DNA of 32,000 bases from an archaeon (GTDB taxonomy: Archaea; Iainarchaeota; Iainarchaeia; Iainarchaeales; CSSED10-239), in NCBI GenBank assembly GCA_035390665.1, contig DAOOUC010000001.1, forward strand, positions 1 through 32,000, in the 5' to 3' direction. Positions 1 through 9,906 of the stretch are shown piece by piece; the stretch's first letter is position 1, and each line of letters opens with the position of its first letter. The notes under the pieces were generated by a model, which saw nothing but the letters and a program-made list of their open reading frames with translations, was not told the DNA's origin and did no database searches. The translations under genes were made by a program, and so were the position numbers.

Positions 1-47
1 AAGAAGAAGTAGATAGAAGATATAATGAATTATTGAAACTAGAGAAA

Positions 48-1226
48 TTATAATTTCTCTTTAGTCTCAATTGCTATTTCTAATTCCTCGTTTGTTGGAA
101 CAACCATTGCTATAACTTTACTGTCTTTTGTTGAAATGATTGTACTGTGTTTTATATTTGCGTCTTTATCAATTTTTAAACCAAGATAAGAGAAACTCTC
201 AAGCACTAATTCTCTTAGATATGCTGATTTTTCTCCAATGCCGCCAGTAAAAACAATTGCATCAACACCATTCATCTCAGCTATATAGCTTCCAACAATA
301 GAAACAATTCTTGTAGTTAAAATATCATTTGCAAGTTTTGCTTTTTTATCTCCTGCAATTGAAAGATTTTCTATTTGGCGGTGATCGCTACTTATCTGAC
401 TAATTCCAAATAATCCTGATTCTTTATTTATCATTTTTTTTATTTGTTCTTTGGAATATCCGTTTTCTAAAAGGAAAAGAATAATTTCAGGATCAAAGCT
501 TCCGCTTCTTGTTCCCATTGGAAGACCATCAACAGGTGTAAAACCCATAGAGGTGTCAAAACTTTTTCCTTTGTTGATTGCACAAATACTTTGTCCGTTC
601 CCTAAATGGCAAGTTATTATCTTTAAATCATTATAATCTTTCCCTAATATTTCTGCTGCACTTTTTGATACAAACTTATGACTAATTCCATGAAATCCAT
701 ATTTTCTAATCTTAAATTTTTCATATAATTCCTTTGGAAGACCATAAAGATAAATCTTTTCTGGAATTGTTTGATGAAAAGCGGTATCAAATACTGCAAA
801 TTGTCTTGCAGCAGGAAGCTTTTCTTTTAATATTTCTATACATTCAATATTAACTGGATTATGAAGAGGAGCTAGAAATGAAATTTTTTTTAAATGTAAA
901 AGCATTTGGTCTGTAATTTCTGTGGTTTTAGAATACTCTTCAGCACCGTGGACTACACGATGTCCAAGAAATCGTACATCTGATAGATTAGCTACAACCT
1001 TTTTTTCTAAAAGAACAGAAAGCATATCTTCAATTGCTTGCCGGTGTGTTTTTATTTCTGTTTCTTCTGTTGTTTTTGACCCTTGAGTTAATATTCTTAA
1101 ACAGGCTTTTCCATCTATTCTGTTAAGTCCATCATATAGCCCTTTAATTAATACTTCTCCTGTATCTGGATTAATATATTGGAATTTTAAGGAACTACTT
1201 CCTGCATTAATTACTAATATGTTCAT
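48..1226 (-). CDS. ackA: Acetate kinase
   Basis: 392-aa ORF starting MNILVINAGSSSLKFQ, with GHRVVHGAE, HLGNGQSICAI, GLPMGTRSGSFDP and FTGGIGE motifs typical of acetate kinases. Confidence 0.97.
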   Translation of the reverse strand: MNILVINAGSSSLKFQYINPDTGEVLIKGLYDGLNRIDGKACLRILTQGSKTTEETEIKTHRQAIEDMLSVLLEKKVVANLSDVRFLGHRVVHGAEEYSKTTEITDQMLLHLKKISFLAPLHNPVNIECIEILKEKLPAARQFAVFDTAFHQTIPEKIYLYGLPKELYEKFKIRKYGFHGISHKFVSKSAAEILGKDYNDLKIITCHLGNGQSICAINKGKSFDTSMGFTPVDGLPMGTRSGSFDPEIILFLLENGYSKEQIKKMINKESGLFGISQISSDHRQIENLSIAGDKKAKLANDILTTRIVSIVGSYIAEMNGVDAIVFTGGIGEKSAYLRELVLESFSYLGLKIDKDANIKHSTIISTKDSKVIAMVVPTNEELEIAIETKEKL

Positions 1227-1238
1227 ATTTATTCACCA

Positions 1239-1523
1239 TTAATATTGAAATTTATCTACTCTTTTATTTCCTATCGCTGATTTTTTTCTTTGAATGCTAG
1301 TTCTTTTATCTCTAGTTTCAAGTAATCTAGCTAATTCTTTAGCGTTCTCTACACTTAATCCTTTAAAATTTGGATTATTATTATTTTCTCTTTTTTCATT
1401 TATTATTGGCCTTTTTGACCCTCTTGTTCTATTTACTTTTGCTATTTTATTTATAGTTGATACTCTTGGCATAATTATTTTCTCCATTTTCTTATTTGTA
1501 ATAAAACTAATAACCCAAAACAA
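1239..1523 (-). CDS. Small basic hypothetical protein; the true start may be the internal MPRVSTINK
   Basis: 94-aa ORF directly upstream of ackA on the same strand; basic composition; no recognised domain. Confidence 0.5.
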   Translation of the reverse strand: MFWVISFITNKKMEKIIMPRVSTINKIAKVNRTRGSKRPIINEKRENNNNPNFKGLSVENAKELARLLETRDKRTSIQRKKSAIGNKRVDKFQY

Positions 1524-1559
1524 TTATATTTATATATACTTTTAAGATTATTTTATGTT

Positions 1560-2777
1560 ATGAAAACAGAAGAAGAAACAACAGAAAAATTAAGCTTTAT
1601 AAAGAAAATAATTATTGGTATGCAAATGCTTTTTGTAGCTTTTGGTGCCGTGGTTCTTGTACCTTTACTTGTTGGAATTGATCCGTCTATTGCTCTTTTT
1701 ACTGCTGGTTGTGGAACTTTAATTTTTCATTTTATTACCAATGGAAAAATTCCTGTTTTTTTAGGAAGTTCTTTTGTTTTTATTGCTCCAGTAATTAAAG
1801 CAACACAAATGTATGGATATCCTGGTGCTCTTGGCGGATTAATGGCTGTGGGAATAGTCTATATGATAATGTCTTTTGTTATTAAGAAAAAAGGCATCAA
1901 ATTTCTATCAAATCTTTTTCCGCCAATTGTTGTTGGGCCAGTAATCATGATTATTGGTTTGTCTCTTGCTAGTACTGGCGTAGAAATGGCAAATAACAAC
2001 TGGCCACTTGCAATCATTGCTTTAACAACTGCTATAATTGTTGTTATATTTGGTAAAGGAACAATAAAATTACTTCCGGTTATTTTTGGATTGATTGTTA
2101 GTTATATTGTTGCAATATTTTTAGGACTTGTAGATTTTACAAAACTAATAAATGCGCCTTGGTTTTCAATACCTCAATTTTCATTGCCTGTATTTAACAT
2201 AAATGCAATTTTATTTTTGATACCTGTTGCAATTGCACCAATGATTGAACATATCGGAGACATGTATGCAATATCTAAAGCAACAAATAAAGATTTTGTT
2301 AAAAAACCAGGACTTTCAAGAACAATGTTTGGTGACGGGTGTGCAACATTTTTCTCCGGTCTTGTCGGCGGAACACCAACAACAACTTATTCAGAAGTTA
2401 CTGGTGCAATTATTCTTACAAAGATTACAGATCCTGTTGTTTTAAGAATTGCAGCAATAACTGCAATCTGTTTTGCTTTCCTTGGTAAAATCAGCGGATT
2501 TCTATACACGATTCCTCAAGCAATTTTAGGCGGAATGATGCTTTTATTATTTGGAATGATTACAATTGTTGGAATAAAATCAATTACAGAAAATAAAGTA
2601 AATCTTAACCACACTAAAAATATGGTAATAATTGCAGTAATGCTAACAATCGGTGTTGGTGGAGCAATGCTATCTTTTGGTAATTTCTCTTTTGGTGGTG
2701 TATCTCTAGCAAGTGTTATTGGAATAACATTAAATCAGGTATTACCTGATAAAGAAAAAGATTTAAGAAGTGTTTAA
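1560..2777 (+). CDS. uraA: Uracil/xanthine permease, NCS2 family
   Basis: 405-aa polytopic membrane protein with VLVPLLVGIDPSIALFTAGCGTLIFH, GSSFVFIAP, EHIGDMYAISKATNKDF, FGDGCATFFSGLVGGTPTTTYSE. Confidence 0.93.
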   Translation: MKTEEETTEKLSFIKKIIIGMQMLFVAFGAVVLVPLLVGIDPSIALFTAGCGTLIFHFITNGKIPVFLGSSFVFIAPVIKATQMYGYPGALGGLMAVGIVYMIMSFVIKKKGIKFLSNLFPPIVVGPVIMIIGLSLASTGVEMANNNWPLAIIALTTAIIVVIFGKGTIKLLPVIFGLIVSYIVAIFLGLVDFTKLINAPWFSIPQFSLPVFNINAILFLIPVAIAPMIEHIGDMYAISKATNKDFVKKPGLSRTMFGDGCATFFSGLVGGTPTTTYSEVTGAIILTKITDPVVLRIAAITAICFAFLGKISGFLYTIPQAILGGMMLLLFGMITIVGIKSITENKVNLNHTKNMVIIAVMLTIGVGGAMLSFGNFSFGGVSLASVIGITLNQVLPDKEKDLRSV

Positions 2778-2778
2778 A

Positions 2779-3036
2779 TCACTTCTTCTTTGGCTTTGAT
2801 TTTGTACTTTTTACTGCAACAGCTTTCTTGTTTTTTAATTTCTCTGCCTCAAATCTATCTTTTGTAAGTAAATCGCAAAATTCTTCAAAAGTCATATATT
2901 CTTCTTTATTTTTTGTAGATTTTGATTTCACACTTACTACTTTTTTTGCCAATGGCTTTGGCTTTGCAGCAACTACTTTTTTTGTTACTACAGTTTTCTT
3001 TTTTACTACTGCTTTTTTTGTTGTTTGTTTTTTCAT
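2779..3036 (-). CDS. Lys/Val-rich small hypothetical protein
   Basis: 85-aa ORF with KKTVVTKKVV-type low-complexity repeats and a less repetitive core EEYMTFEEFCDLLTKDRFEAEKLK. It ends 2 nt from the convergent uraA end. Confidence 0.6.
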   Translation of the reverse strand: MKKQTTKKAVVKKKTVVTKKVVAAKPKPLAKKVVSVKSKSTKNKEEYMTFEEFCDLLTKDRFEAEKLKNKKAVAVKSTKSKPKKK

Positions 3037-3055
3037 TTTGTTTTCCCCCTTTTAA

Positions 3056-4225
3056 TTACAAGAATATTTCTTTTTCAATCTTTTCAGGCAAATACTTTCT
3101 TGCAACAAAATCAAGTGACTTATTTGCAAGAGCCTGCTGTTCTATTCTGATTTTTTTATCAATAGCTAATTTTAATTCTGCTTGCCATTCTTTTGATTTG
3201 AACCAATCATAATTCATTAATTCCTTTGCTCTTTTTATGTCTCCGTCTTTCATTTTTTCAGTAACATTTTGTAAGCCATATGTTTCAACATCTGTAAGAG
3301 TCATACCAACATATTTAGCATCAGGAACTGCCATGTATTTTGAATGTGCGGCAAGTGCCATTGATCCACTTTTTATAACAGAATAAATATACCAACCATA
3401 TGGATCTCCATCAGTAAACACAATTACTGGAAGATCATACTCATATCTTAATCTATGAACTAAACGTCTTGCTCCTCTCGCTCCTTGACCTCCAGTTCCA
3501 ATCAATATTGCATTGTGTTGACGAGCATATCTTTCTTCAATAAGTCTGTTATACATTGCTGCAGTTTCAATTACTAAAACCATATCTGCATTAACATCTA
3601 CAATTTCAATTTCTTCAGGTTCTATTCTAGACATTATACTCCAGCCACCTCTGCCCAAAGAATTACAATTAAAAACATCATTGTCGTGCTTTAGATCTTT
3701 AAGAGTAATATCTCCATATAATGATCCTTTTGCTTCAGCGTGAAGTCCTAGTTTTTCTCTGATAGTGTTTGCTGCGTGCTCTACATCCACAATTACTTCA
3801 TCTGATTCATTCTGACCATCAAAGGTATTCTCTTTAGTATTAGCAACTGTTCTTTTTAGTTCGTAATAGATTTCTCTGATTGATGCTGTTTTCCCTTCTT
3901 TTAAATACTCATTACATTTATCATTAACAAGCATTGTTTGCATAAATTTTCTTGCAGCACCAAGATTAAGGAATGGTCTAACTGTTTTCTTATCTCCTAA
4001 CTGTATGTATTTCTTATCTTCATCAAAATAAACATTACTAAGTCCTCTAACTTTTGTTGTAAAAGTTGGGTGTCTATTTGTTTTTATTTGATCTACTATG
4101 TCTTTTGCAATTTGAAGAGTTCTTTGTTCTATATCTTTAGTTGTTTCTGTTTCATATTTATCAAGCCCTTTACGCTCGTGTTTTTTAATTAAAGTTGTTT
4201 CTTTTGTTTTTGCCATAATAATCAC
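3056..4225 (-). CDS. top6A: DNA topoisomerase VI subunit A (Spo11-like)
   Basis: 389 aa; REIYYELKR, GSLYGDITL, GTGGQGARGARRLVHRL, PVIVFTDGDPYGWYIYSVIKSGS (Toprim) motifs; adjacent to top6B. Confidence 0.96.
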   Translation of the reverse strand: MIIMAKTKETTLIKKHERKGLDKYETETTKDIEQRTLQIAKDIVDQIKTNRHPTFTTKVRGLSNVYFDEDKKYIQLGDKKTVRPFLNLGAARKFMQTMLVNDKCNEYLKEGKTASIREIYYELKRTVANTKENTFDGQNESDEVIVDVEHAANTIREKLGLHAEAKGSLYGDITLKDLKHDNDVFNCNSLGRGGWSIMSRIEPEEIEIVDVNADMVLVIETAAMYNRLIEERYARQHNAILIGTGGQGARGARRLVHRLRYEYDLPVIVFTDGDPYGWYIYSVIKSGSMALAAHSKYMAVPDAKYVGMTLTDVETYGLQNVTEKMKDGDIKRAKELMNYDWFKSKEWQAELKLAIDKKIRIEQQALANKSLDFVARKYLPEKIEKEIFL

Positions 4226-4227
4226 AC

Positions 4228-5925
4228 TTATTCTTCAAATTCCTCATCTTCTGCTATAGAATCATCTTCAGCAATTTCATCATCTGCAATCTTTATTCCT
4301 TCTTCTTCCATTTTCAGTTTTTCTAAAACCATATTATTTAGATTCTTTAAAAGAAGTTCTTTATTTTTCTCTCCAGTTGTATGAACTAATGCTTCAACAA
4401 CATACGGAGCATATTTAGCAAATACTTTCTTCTTTTCTTTTTTTTCTTCTTCTCTTTTCTTTTCGATAATGTAAATTCCAACTCTTCTAGAAACATCCAT
4501 TAATGCTAATTTTATTTCATTAACAATATCAGGATCATCAGAAACTGCAGATTTACCTGCAGATGTGTAAGGTATGTGAACAGAAATAAGGTTTACAAAA
4601 ACTGTTATTGGACTTGTATCAAAATTACTTATTCCGTATCTTTTCCAATCAACAGATTCTGCAGTTTTTGTTATGGAACAGCCGCCAGCATCAAATAATA
4701 ATGGAGCCTTATTTGCATATCTTATAATTTCAGAAGATCTTACTTCTTCTGTTATTACTTCTTTGCCACTTGTCTTTTCAACAGAGATTAATCTTCCTGC
4801 TTTTCCACCATAAGCAACACCTGCTTCTATTTGGAAAGCATATCCTCCTTGATAAACTGTTGGTTTTCTTGTAACTACTGCTAAAAATTCAGGCTCAACA
4901 ATTGCTTTTAAAGATTTTTTAATTTGATCTTCTCCAATTGGTACAAGATTGTCTGTACTTGGAGCAATAAATTTAGTTTGTTTGATTGCTTTTATTAAAT
5001 CTTCTGCTTCTTCCCAAGATAATGATCTAGGATCTTTGTTTAAATCAAAGTGTACTAGTTGTTGCACATTATCAACAGAAGTTTGTCCAAATCTATCAAA
5101 GGTTGTTGTTAAAAAAGAATTAACTTTTCTTGCTTGAGCGTGTCTTGCATAAGTTAACATCTCATCTACTGTTACTCCTCTTGGGTGTGGTTTAACCGCT
5201 GTTGGAATATTTGGAAGTTTGTTAACTGTTCTTGTATATTTTGTTGCTTCTCCATTTGGATCTTGGAATTTTAAAGTTAAATGAGGATTAGCAATTGCTG
5301 TTCTTCTTAAATATTCATCAACACTTGATTGTCCTTTCTTGTATACTATGTCTTTAAACTTACATTTTACTGCTAGGCCCTTAAATTTATTTTCAAGATA
5401 ATGTTTATCAGTCACCTTTGGTGTGTTTGTTTTACTGTCAATTGAAATTTCTATAGAAACTGTTTTTCCTTTATTTGTTCCTGAAATTATTTTTGTTGGC
5501 TTTCCTGTTGTCATTTGAGATAATAGAATTATTCCACTTACACCAATTCCTTGTTGTCCTCTTGTTTGTACAAGTCTATGAAATTTTGTTCCTGCTAGAA
5601 GTTTACCCATAGCACTAGCAAGTTTATCTTCTGGTATTCCTGGGCCGTTATCAACTACAGAAATTTCATAATATTCTGTTCCAAGTTCAGAAATAGACAC
5701 CTCTAGCTCTGGAAGAATACCGGCTTCTTCACAAGCATCAAGAGAATTGGTCACAAGCTCGTGAATTATGGTAGTCATTGTCCTTTGCTTACCAGAAAGG
5801 CCTAGCATCTGTTTATTTTTCTTAAAGAAATCAGCTACTGAGTGTTCTTTAAACTCTGTAAACAACTGTTCTGCTTCTACTTCCTTTCTTGGTGTTTCTT
5901 TCTTTTCTAAAACTTTTTCAGCCAT
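4228..5925 (-). CDS. top6B: DNA topoisomerase VI subunit B (GHKL ATPase)
   Basis: 565 aa; ELVTNSLDACEEAGILPE, VVDNGPGIPE, QTRGQQGIGVSGIILLSQMTTGKP motifs. Confidence 0.97.
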   Translation of the reverse strand: MAEKVLEKKETPRKEVEAEQLFTEFKEHSVADFFKKNKQMLGLSGKQRTMTTIIHELVTNSLDACEEAGILPELEVSISELGTEYYEISVVDNGPGIPEDKLASAMGKLLAGTKFHRLVQTRGQQGIGVSGIILLSQMTTGKPTKIISGTNKGKTVSIEISIDSKTNTPKVTDKHYLENKFKGLAVKCKFKDIVYKKGQSSVDEYLRRTAIANPHLTLKFQDPNGEATKYTRTVNKLPNIPTAVKPHPRGVTVDEMLTYARHAQARKVNSFLTTTFDRFGQTSVDNVQQLVHFDLNKDPRSLSWEEAEDLIKAIKQTKFIAPSTDNLVPIGEDQIKKSLKAIVEPEFLAVVTRKPTVYQGGYAFQIEAGVAYGGKAGRLISVEKTSGKEVITEEVRSSEIIRYANKAPLLFDAGGCSITKTAESVDWKRYGISNFDTSPITVFVNLISVHIPYTSAGKSAVSDDPDIVNEIKLALMDVSRRVGIYIIEKKREEEKKEKKKVFAKYAPYVVEALVHTTGEKNKELLLKNLNNMVLEKLKMEEEGIKIADDEIAEDDSIAEDEEFEE

Positions 5926-6043
5926 AAATATTTCACTTTTTTAAAATTAGATTAAGATAATTAGTCTGTTATACTATATACTATATATTATATTTATAAA
6001 TATATTGTAGTGCAAAATGTTTAAAAATAGAAGTAAAAGTATT

Positions 6044-6436
6044 TTATTTTTGTTCTAGCGGTTTTGCTTTTTTATTTTTAAAATAAAGATATATATAGAT
6101 ACCTAAAAAAACAAATGGAGCACCTAAAAAGAAATAGGCAAATATGCAGGAAATACCACCACTAACGCCACAACCCATGCCGCTTAAAATAAATAACGGT
6201 ATAAATCCAAATAAGCTGAAGACAAAAGCAAATAATGGCCAAGCAGGCAATTCTGATTTCGCACTTATTTTACTAAACAGCCAATATAAAAAACCAAAAA
6301 AACAAATTGCAATTCCAAAAACTATAATTGCAGGTACTATTCCAAACGTATTCATTAGAAAAACAAAACTAAAAAAAGAAAAAAACATTACAATTATTAT
6401 GATTACCCAACCTAGTGCATCTGATTTTTCTGCCAT
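6044..6436 (-). CDS. Multi-pass small membrane protein
   Basis: 130-aa ORF with several hydrophobic segments; starts MAEKSDALGW; upstream region resembles that of top6B. Confidence 0.65.
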   Translation of the reverse strand: MAEKSDALGWVIIIIVMFFSFFSFVFLMNTFGIVPAIIVFGIAICFFGFLYWLFSKISAKSELPAWPLFAFVFSLFGFIPLFILSGMGCGVSGGISCIFAYFFLGAPFVFLGIYIYLYFKNKKAKPLEQK

Positions 6437-6597
6437 AAATATTTCTCATTTTTAAAAAGATAAATCTAAATCAATTAGACATATATATACCTGATATAAT
6501 ATTTTATAAATACATCATAGTTAAAAAATAAATATTTATATATTTTTTGTTATATATATTTAATATAATGTTAGAAATAATTAACTTGTGACAAACT

Positions 6598-7002
6598 ATG
6601 AAAACAAAAAAAAACAATAAACAAAAATATAGACTAATGATTGCTTTTGGTGCATTTTTTGCAGCAGTTGCATCATTCTGTTCTTTTCATAATTTAATAT
6701 CTGATGCTGTTGCATCTGGAATAATCGGCGCGGCAACTTGTTTGTTTACGATTGGTATTGTTAGATTATATATTAGAAAAGAACCATTGATAGATGAAAT
6801 GGTAAAAACCGCAAATCAAAAAGCAATTTCTGGGGTATGGGTATTAACTTTAATTTTAACAACAATGTTATTTTGGATAAATTTAATTTTTAAAGATAAA
6901 TTATCTGTAATGCTTGTATTATCCATAATCTTATATTTTATGCTTTTTAGTGTCTTGATATTAAGATATTATTATTTGAAACATGGAATTGAAAAAACAT
7001 GA
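6598..7002 (+). CDS. Small integral membrane protein, DUF2178-like
   Basis: 134 aa with 4 hydrophobic helices, overlapping by 4 nt (ATGA) the following HTH gene; this pairing is common in archaea. Confidence 0.7.
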   Translation: MKTKKNNKQKYRLMIAFGAFFAAVASFCSFHNLISDAVASGIIGAATCLFTIGIVRLYIRKEPLIDEMVKTANQKAISGVWVLTLILTTMLFWINLIFKDKLSVMLVLSIILYFMLFSVLILRYYYLKHGIEKT

Positions 7003-7211
7003 AAACAAAACTAAAAGAATTCCGTGCAAGATTTAATATTACTCAAGAAGATCTTGCAAATAAAGTAGGAGTTAGAAGAGAAACAATTCTTTTTATTGAA
7101 AAAGGAAAATATAACCCTTCATTAAAACTTGCAAAAAAGATAGCTAATGTCTTTAATGAAAAAATAGACGATATTTTTATATTTGATAAAAAAGAATTAG
7201 AAGCAGATTAA
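6999..7211 (+). CDS. Cro/CI (XRE)-type HTH transcriptional regulator
   Basis: 70 aa; [49 protein letters not shown]. Confidence 0.92.
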   Translation: MKTKLKEFRARFNITQEDLANKVGVRRETILFIEKGKYNPSLKLAKKIANVFNEKIDDIFIFDKKELEAD

Positions 7212-7778
7212 TTATTCTTTAAAATCAATATCATCAATTGCTGTTTCTTCTGTTTCTTTATAATTCTTTAAACTCTTATTGGATTTTAACATTCTAAAAA
7301 CTGTTGTGTGTTTACAACCGCCAATTATTGCTTCTACTATTTTTTGAATCTCTGCCATATCTTCTGATTTAGCAATTATTCCAACAGTCTTACCAAAAAC
7401 ACTTATGTGACAATTAAAGTGTCTTTCAATCATATTCTTGATTGACCCTTCTCTTCCAATAATTCGCCCCTTTATTTGCTCTAAGCGGCTTTCATTTTTT
7501 CCAGCCATGTCACTTAAAGTTATTACTTCAATAGTATAATCCTCTTTTAAAATATCAAAAGCAACCTCTGGAGAAAATCCTCTTGAGATTGCAGACACTA
7601 ATTTTTTAGAATTATAGACGTCATAGTAATTGTTTCCACCAACAATTATTATCTCGCCAGTATGACTATCGATATCTAGTCTTGTGTGAGTGGCTTTCTC
7701 TATTTTTCTTTTAGTTACTCCGTTTGGCCCAATAATCATTGGAATTCTTTGTAAAGTAACTTTAATTATTTCTTCCAT
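7212..7778 (-). CDS. KH-domain RNA-binding protein (archaeal Pno1/Dim2-like)
   Basis: 188 aa with duplicated KH signatures IIGPNGVTKRKIEKATHTRLDID and IKGRIIGREGSIKNMIERHFNCHISVFGKTVGIIA; lies next to RIO1 and aIF1A. Confidence 0.88.
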   Translation of the reverse strand: MEEIIKVTLQRIPMIIGPNGVTKRKIEKATHTRLDIDSHTGEIIIVGGNNYYDVYNSKKLVSAISRGFSPEVAFDILKEDYTIEVITLSDMAGKNESRLEQIKGRIIGREGSIKNMIERHFNCHISVFGKTVGIIAKSEDMAEIQKIVEAIIGGCKHTTVFRMLKSNKSLKNYKETEETAIDDIDFKE

Positions 7779-7797
7779 ATCTTTTTCCTAATTAATA

Positions 7798-8025
7798 TTA
7801 ATAAAGGTTGTCACTGTAAAGTATACAATCTATTAGTGCCCAGATATACATCCCTATTGGAACAACAATTGTCCAGCATAAAAGAACAGAAAGAATTATT
7901 CCTACCCAAAATTGAGTTCTTCTTTCTTCAAGAATATATAACCAAGCAAATACTCCAAAAAATATTGCTAATAAAATTAATGTTAACGGGTGCTTTTTAT
8001 TTGCCTTTGCCATCTTCTTTTTCAC
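7798..8025 (-). CDS. Small TM2-like membrane protein
   Basis: 75 aa with two hydrophobic segments (LILLAIFFGVFAWLYI, WVGIILSVLLCWTIVVPIGMYIWALIDCILY); 5' end overlaps the RIO1 gene. Confidence 0.6.
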   Translation of the reverse strand: MKKKMAKANKKHPLTLILLAIFFGVFAWLYILEERRTQFWVGIILSVLLCWTIVVPIGMYIWALIDCILYSDNLY

Positions 8026-8746
8026 CTTTATATAATTCTTCTTTTTTAATTTTTAAGTCTTCTAAAAATTTCTCAGGAGTAATTTCTTTATGGAATTTTC
8101 TTTGCAAAAATTCTGTAATGTTTAGGATGTCTCTTTTAAGAAACTCTTTAGCTTTTGGATGATTATGTAAAACTGCTTGACCTACATCAATAATTGTTAT
8201 CTTTTGAGTCTCTGGGTCTATCAAAATATTAAATGGAGAAAAATCAGCATGAACAATTTTAGCACCATAAAGCATTCTTGCGTAGTTTTCAATAATTTGT
8301 GGATAAACAATATCTAGATCAAAACTTGTTTCTTTTAATTTTGGATAACTTATGTCATCTTTACCAATAAAAGACATAATTAAAATATTTTTTTCTCTTG
8401 CTATTGGTACAGGACAATTTACTCCGTTGTTAAGTGCTAATGTTAAATTTTTGTATTCTTTACTTGCCCAAACAAGAACTATATCTCTTTTATCTTTTCC
8501 AACATTTTTAAATCTGAAATCTCCTTTGATGTATTTTTCCATGTTTTTAAATTTAGATGTTTCTTTCTTATAGATTTTTGCAACCAAAGGAGTTTTACCT
8601 AAATGCCCTAAAAAAGTAATTGCTTCTTTTCCTGAAGCTATTGGAGATTCAATAGAATCAATTATGTTATTGTTTGATAATTTAAACAAAGACTCATGTG
8701 TTTGTGTATCAAAGACATAACTTTCTATTCTTTTTGTATCAATCAT
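7997..8746 (-). CDS. rio1: RIO-type serine/threonine protein kinase (Rio1)
   Basis: 249 aa; ISTGKEA-like GKEAITFL, catalytic VHADFSPFNILID and IIDVGQAVLHNHPKA motifs. Confidence 0.93.
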   Translation of the reverse strand: MIDTKRIESYVFDTQTHESLFKLSNNNIIDSIESPIASGKEAITFLGHLGKTPLVAKIYKKETSKFKNMEKYIKGDFRFKNVGKDKRDIVLVWASKEYKNLTLALNNGVNCPVPIAREKNILIMSFIGKDDISYPKLKETSFDLDIVYPQIIENYARMLYGAKIVHADFSPFNILIDPETQKITIIDVGQAVLHNHPKAKEFLKRDILNITEFLQRKFHKEITPEKFLEDLKIKKEELYKGEKEDGKGK

Positions 8747-8759
8747 ATTCTTTCTTATT

Positions 8760-9227
8760 TTATTCTGTTGTTTCTTCGTCTGTATTTGTTTCTTCTTCTG
8801 TTATTTCTTCTTCAACCACGGCTTCTGAGAAATTTTCTGGGATTACAATTTCATCATGAGTGTAATCATAAAGTTTTGTTAATTCTCCGCGTTTCTCTAA
8901 AGACGTTTTTTGGAATCCTTGATATCTCCAGACAACATCGGCTTTACTTGGTTGGAAATCCCATAATTTTACAATAACGATATCGTTTGCTTTTAGCCAG
9001 ACGTGTTTGAAAAGCTTTCCAGGTATTCTACAAATTCTATCTTGAGCATCTTCACAAGAAACTTTAACTTGATTTGATCCCATTAATTGTATAACTTTTC
9101 CATACATTTCTAAATCCTTTCTAAAAGGAGTTCTTAATTTCCTTATAACTGTAGGATCTGATGCCTCTCTGTTTTGTTTATTAAAATAAGGCTTGTGGCC
9201 TTGATTTGTTGGTTTATTAAATGCCAT
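8760..9227 (-). CDS. eif1a: Translation initiation factor aIF-1A
   Basis: 155 aa; VIQLMGSNQVKVSCEDAQDRICRIPGKLFKHVWLKANDIVIVKLWDFQPSKADVVWRY (S1/IF1 fold). Confidence 0.94.
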   Translation of the reverse strand: MAFNKPTNQGHKPYFNKQNREASDPTVIRKLRTPFRKDLEMYGKVIQLMGSNQVKVSCEDAQDRICRIPGKLFKHVWLKANDIVIVKLWDFQPSKADVVWRYQGFQKTSLEKRGELTKLYDYTHDEIVIPENFSEAVVEEEITEEETNTDEETTE

Positions 9228-9596
9228 TTATTTTTCCTCTTTTATTTTTTTTAATAAATTCTCAAAATTTTTAACCCAATTTTGAAATCTTGGGATTATA
9301 TCGTTTTTTTCTGCTCTTGATAAATTTGAACCCTCTATTTCTTTAATTTTATTTTCTAATTGCCCTTTTCTCCAGGAAACTCTGTCATATTTTTCTTTCT
9401 TAGTAAATTTTATGCCTTCTGGAAGTGCAGAAGACACAATATTTGTTAACTCGTGTGCAAAAACAAAATATTGTTTTGTTCTATAGAATGGTTCTATTTG
9501 CTTTTCTTTAGCCTTTGTTTCTGTTCTTTCAACCACTTTTGGTTTTGTCACTTTATTTTGGCGGACAATTTTTCGTGTTAGTGATCTACCAGCCAT
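9228..9596 (-). CDS. Hypothetical basic protein
   Basis: 122-aa ORF abutting aIF-1A and co-directional with it; no recognised motif. Confidence 0.6.
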   Translation of the reverse strand: MAGRSLTRKIVRQNKVTKPKVVERTETKAKEKQIEPFYRTKQYFVFAHELTNIVSSALPEGIKFTKKEKYDRVSWRKGQLENKIKEIEGSNLSRAEKNDIIPRFQNWVKNFENLLKKIKEEK

Positions 9597-9606
9597 ATTA
9601 TCCCAT

Positions 9607-9897
9607 TTATAGTTTATATATTTGAGCGTGTGCTATTTTATCAATATAAATTATTTGCTCTTTTGTGATTAGATTATTTTTTAATAATAAGTCGCACACA
9701 TTATTTCCAAAAATATTTGCACAATCGCATTCTTCAATATTTTCAAGAATTTGCTCTTTTGTTAGATTCTCTTTACCAAAGAAACTAGAATTTATAATAA
9801 TCTCAATATCATTAAATCTTAACTTAGTATCTAGTAATTCTTTATCACAGCACGCAAAAATTTTTTTATTTTCTTGAATATGTAATTTACCTATCAT
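9607..9897 (-). CDS. Hypothetical protein
   Basis: 96-aa ORF in a tightly packed minus-strand cluster. Confidence 0.55.
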   Translation of the reverse strand: MIGKLHIQENKKIFACCDKELLDTKLRFNDIEIIINSSFFGKENLTKEQILENIEECDCANIFGNNVCDLLLKNNLITKEQIIYIDKIAHAQIYKL

Positions 9898-9906
9898 GAT
9901 TTACCT

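Noticed and set aside
2922-3212. + strand ORFs over the Lys-rich small gene and top6A (2828..3055, 2922..3212)
   Set aside because: Phe/Leu-rich products are the expected antisense of a Lys-rich coding sequence.
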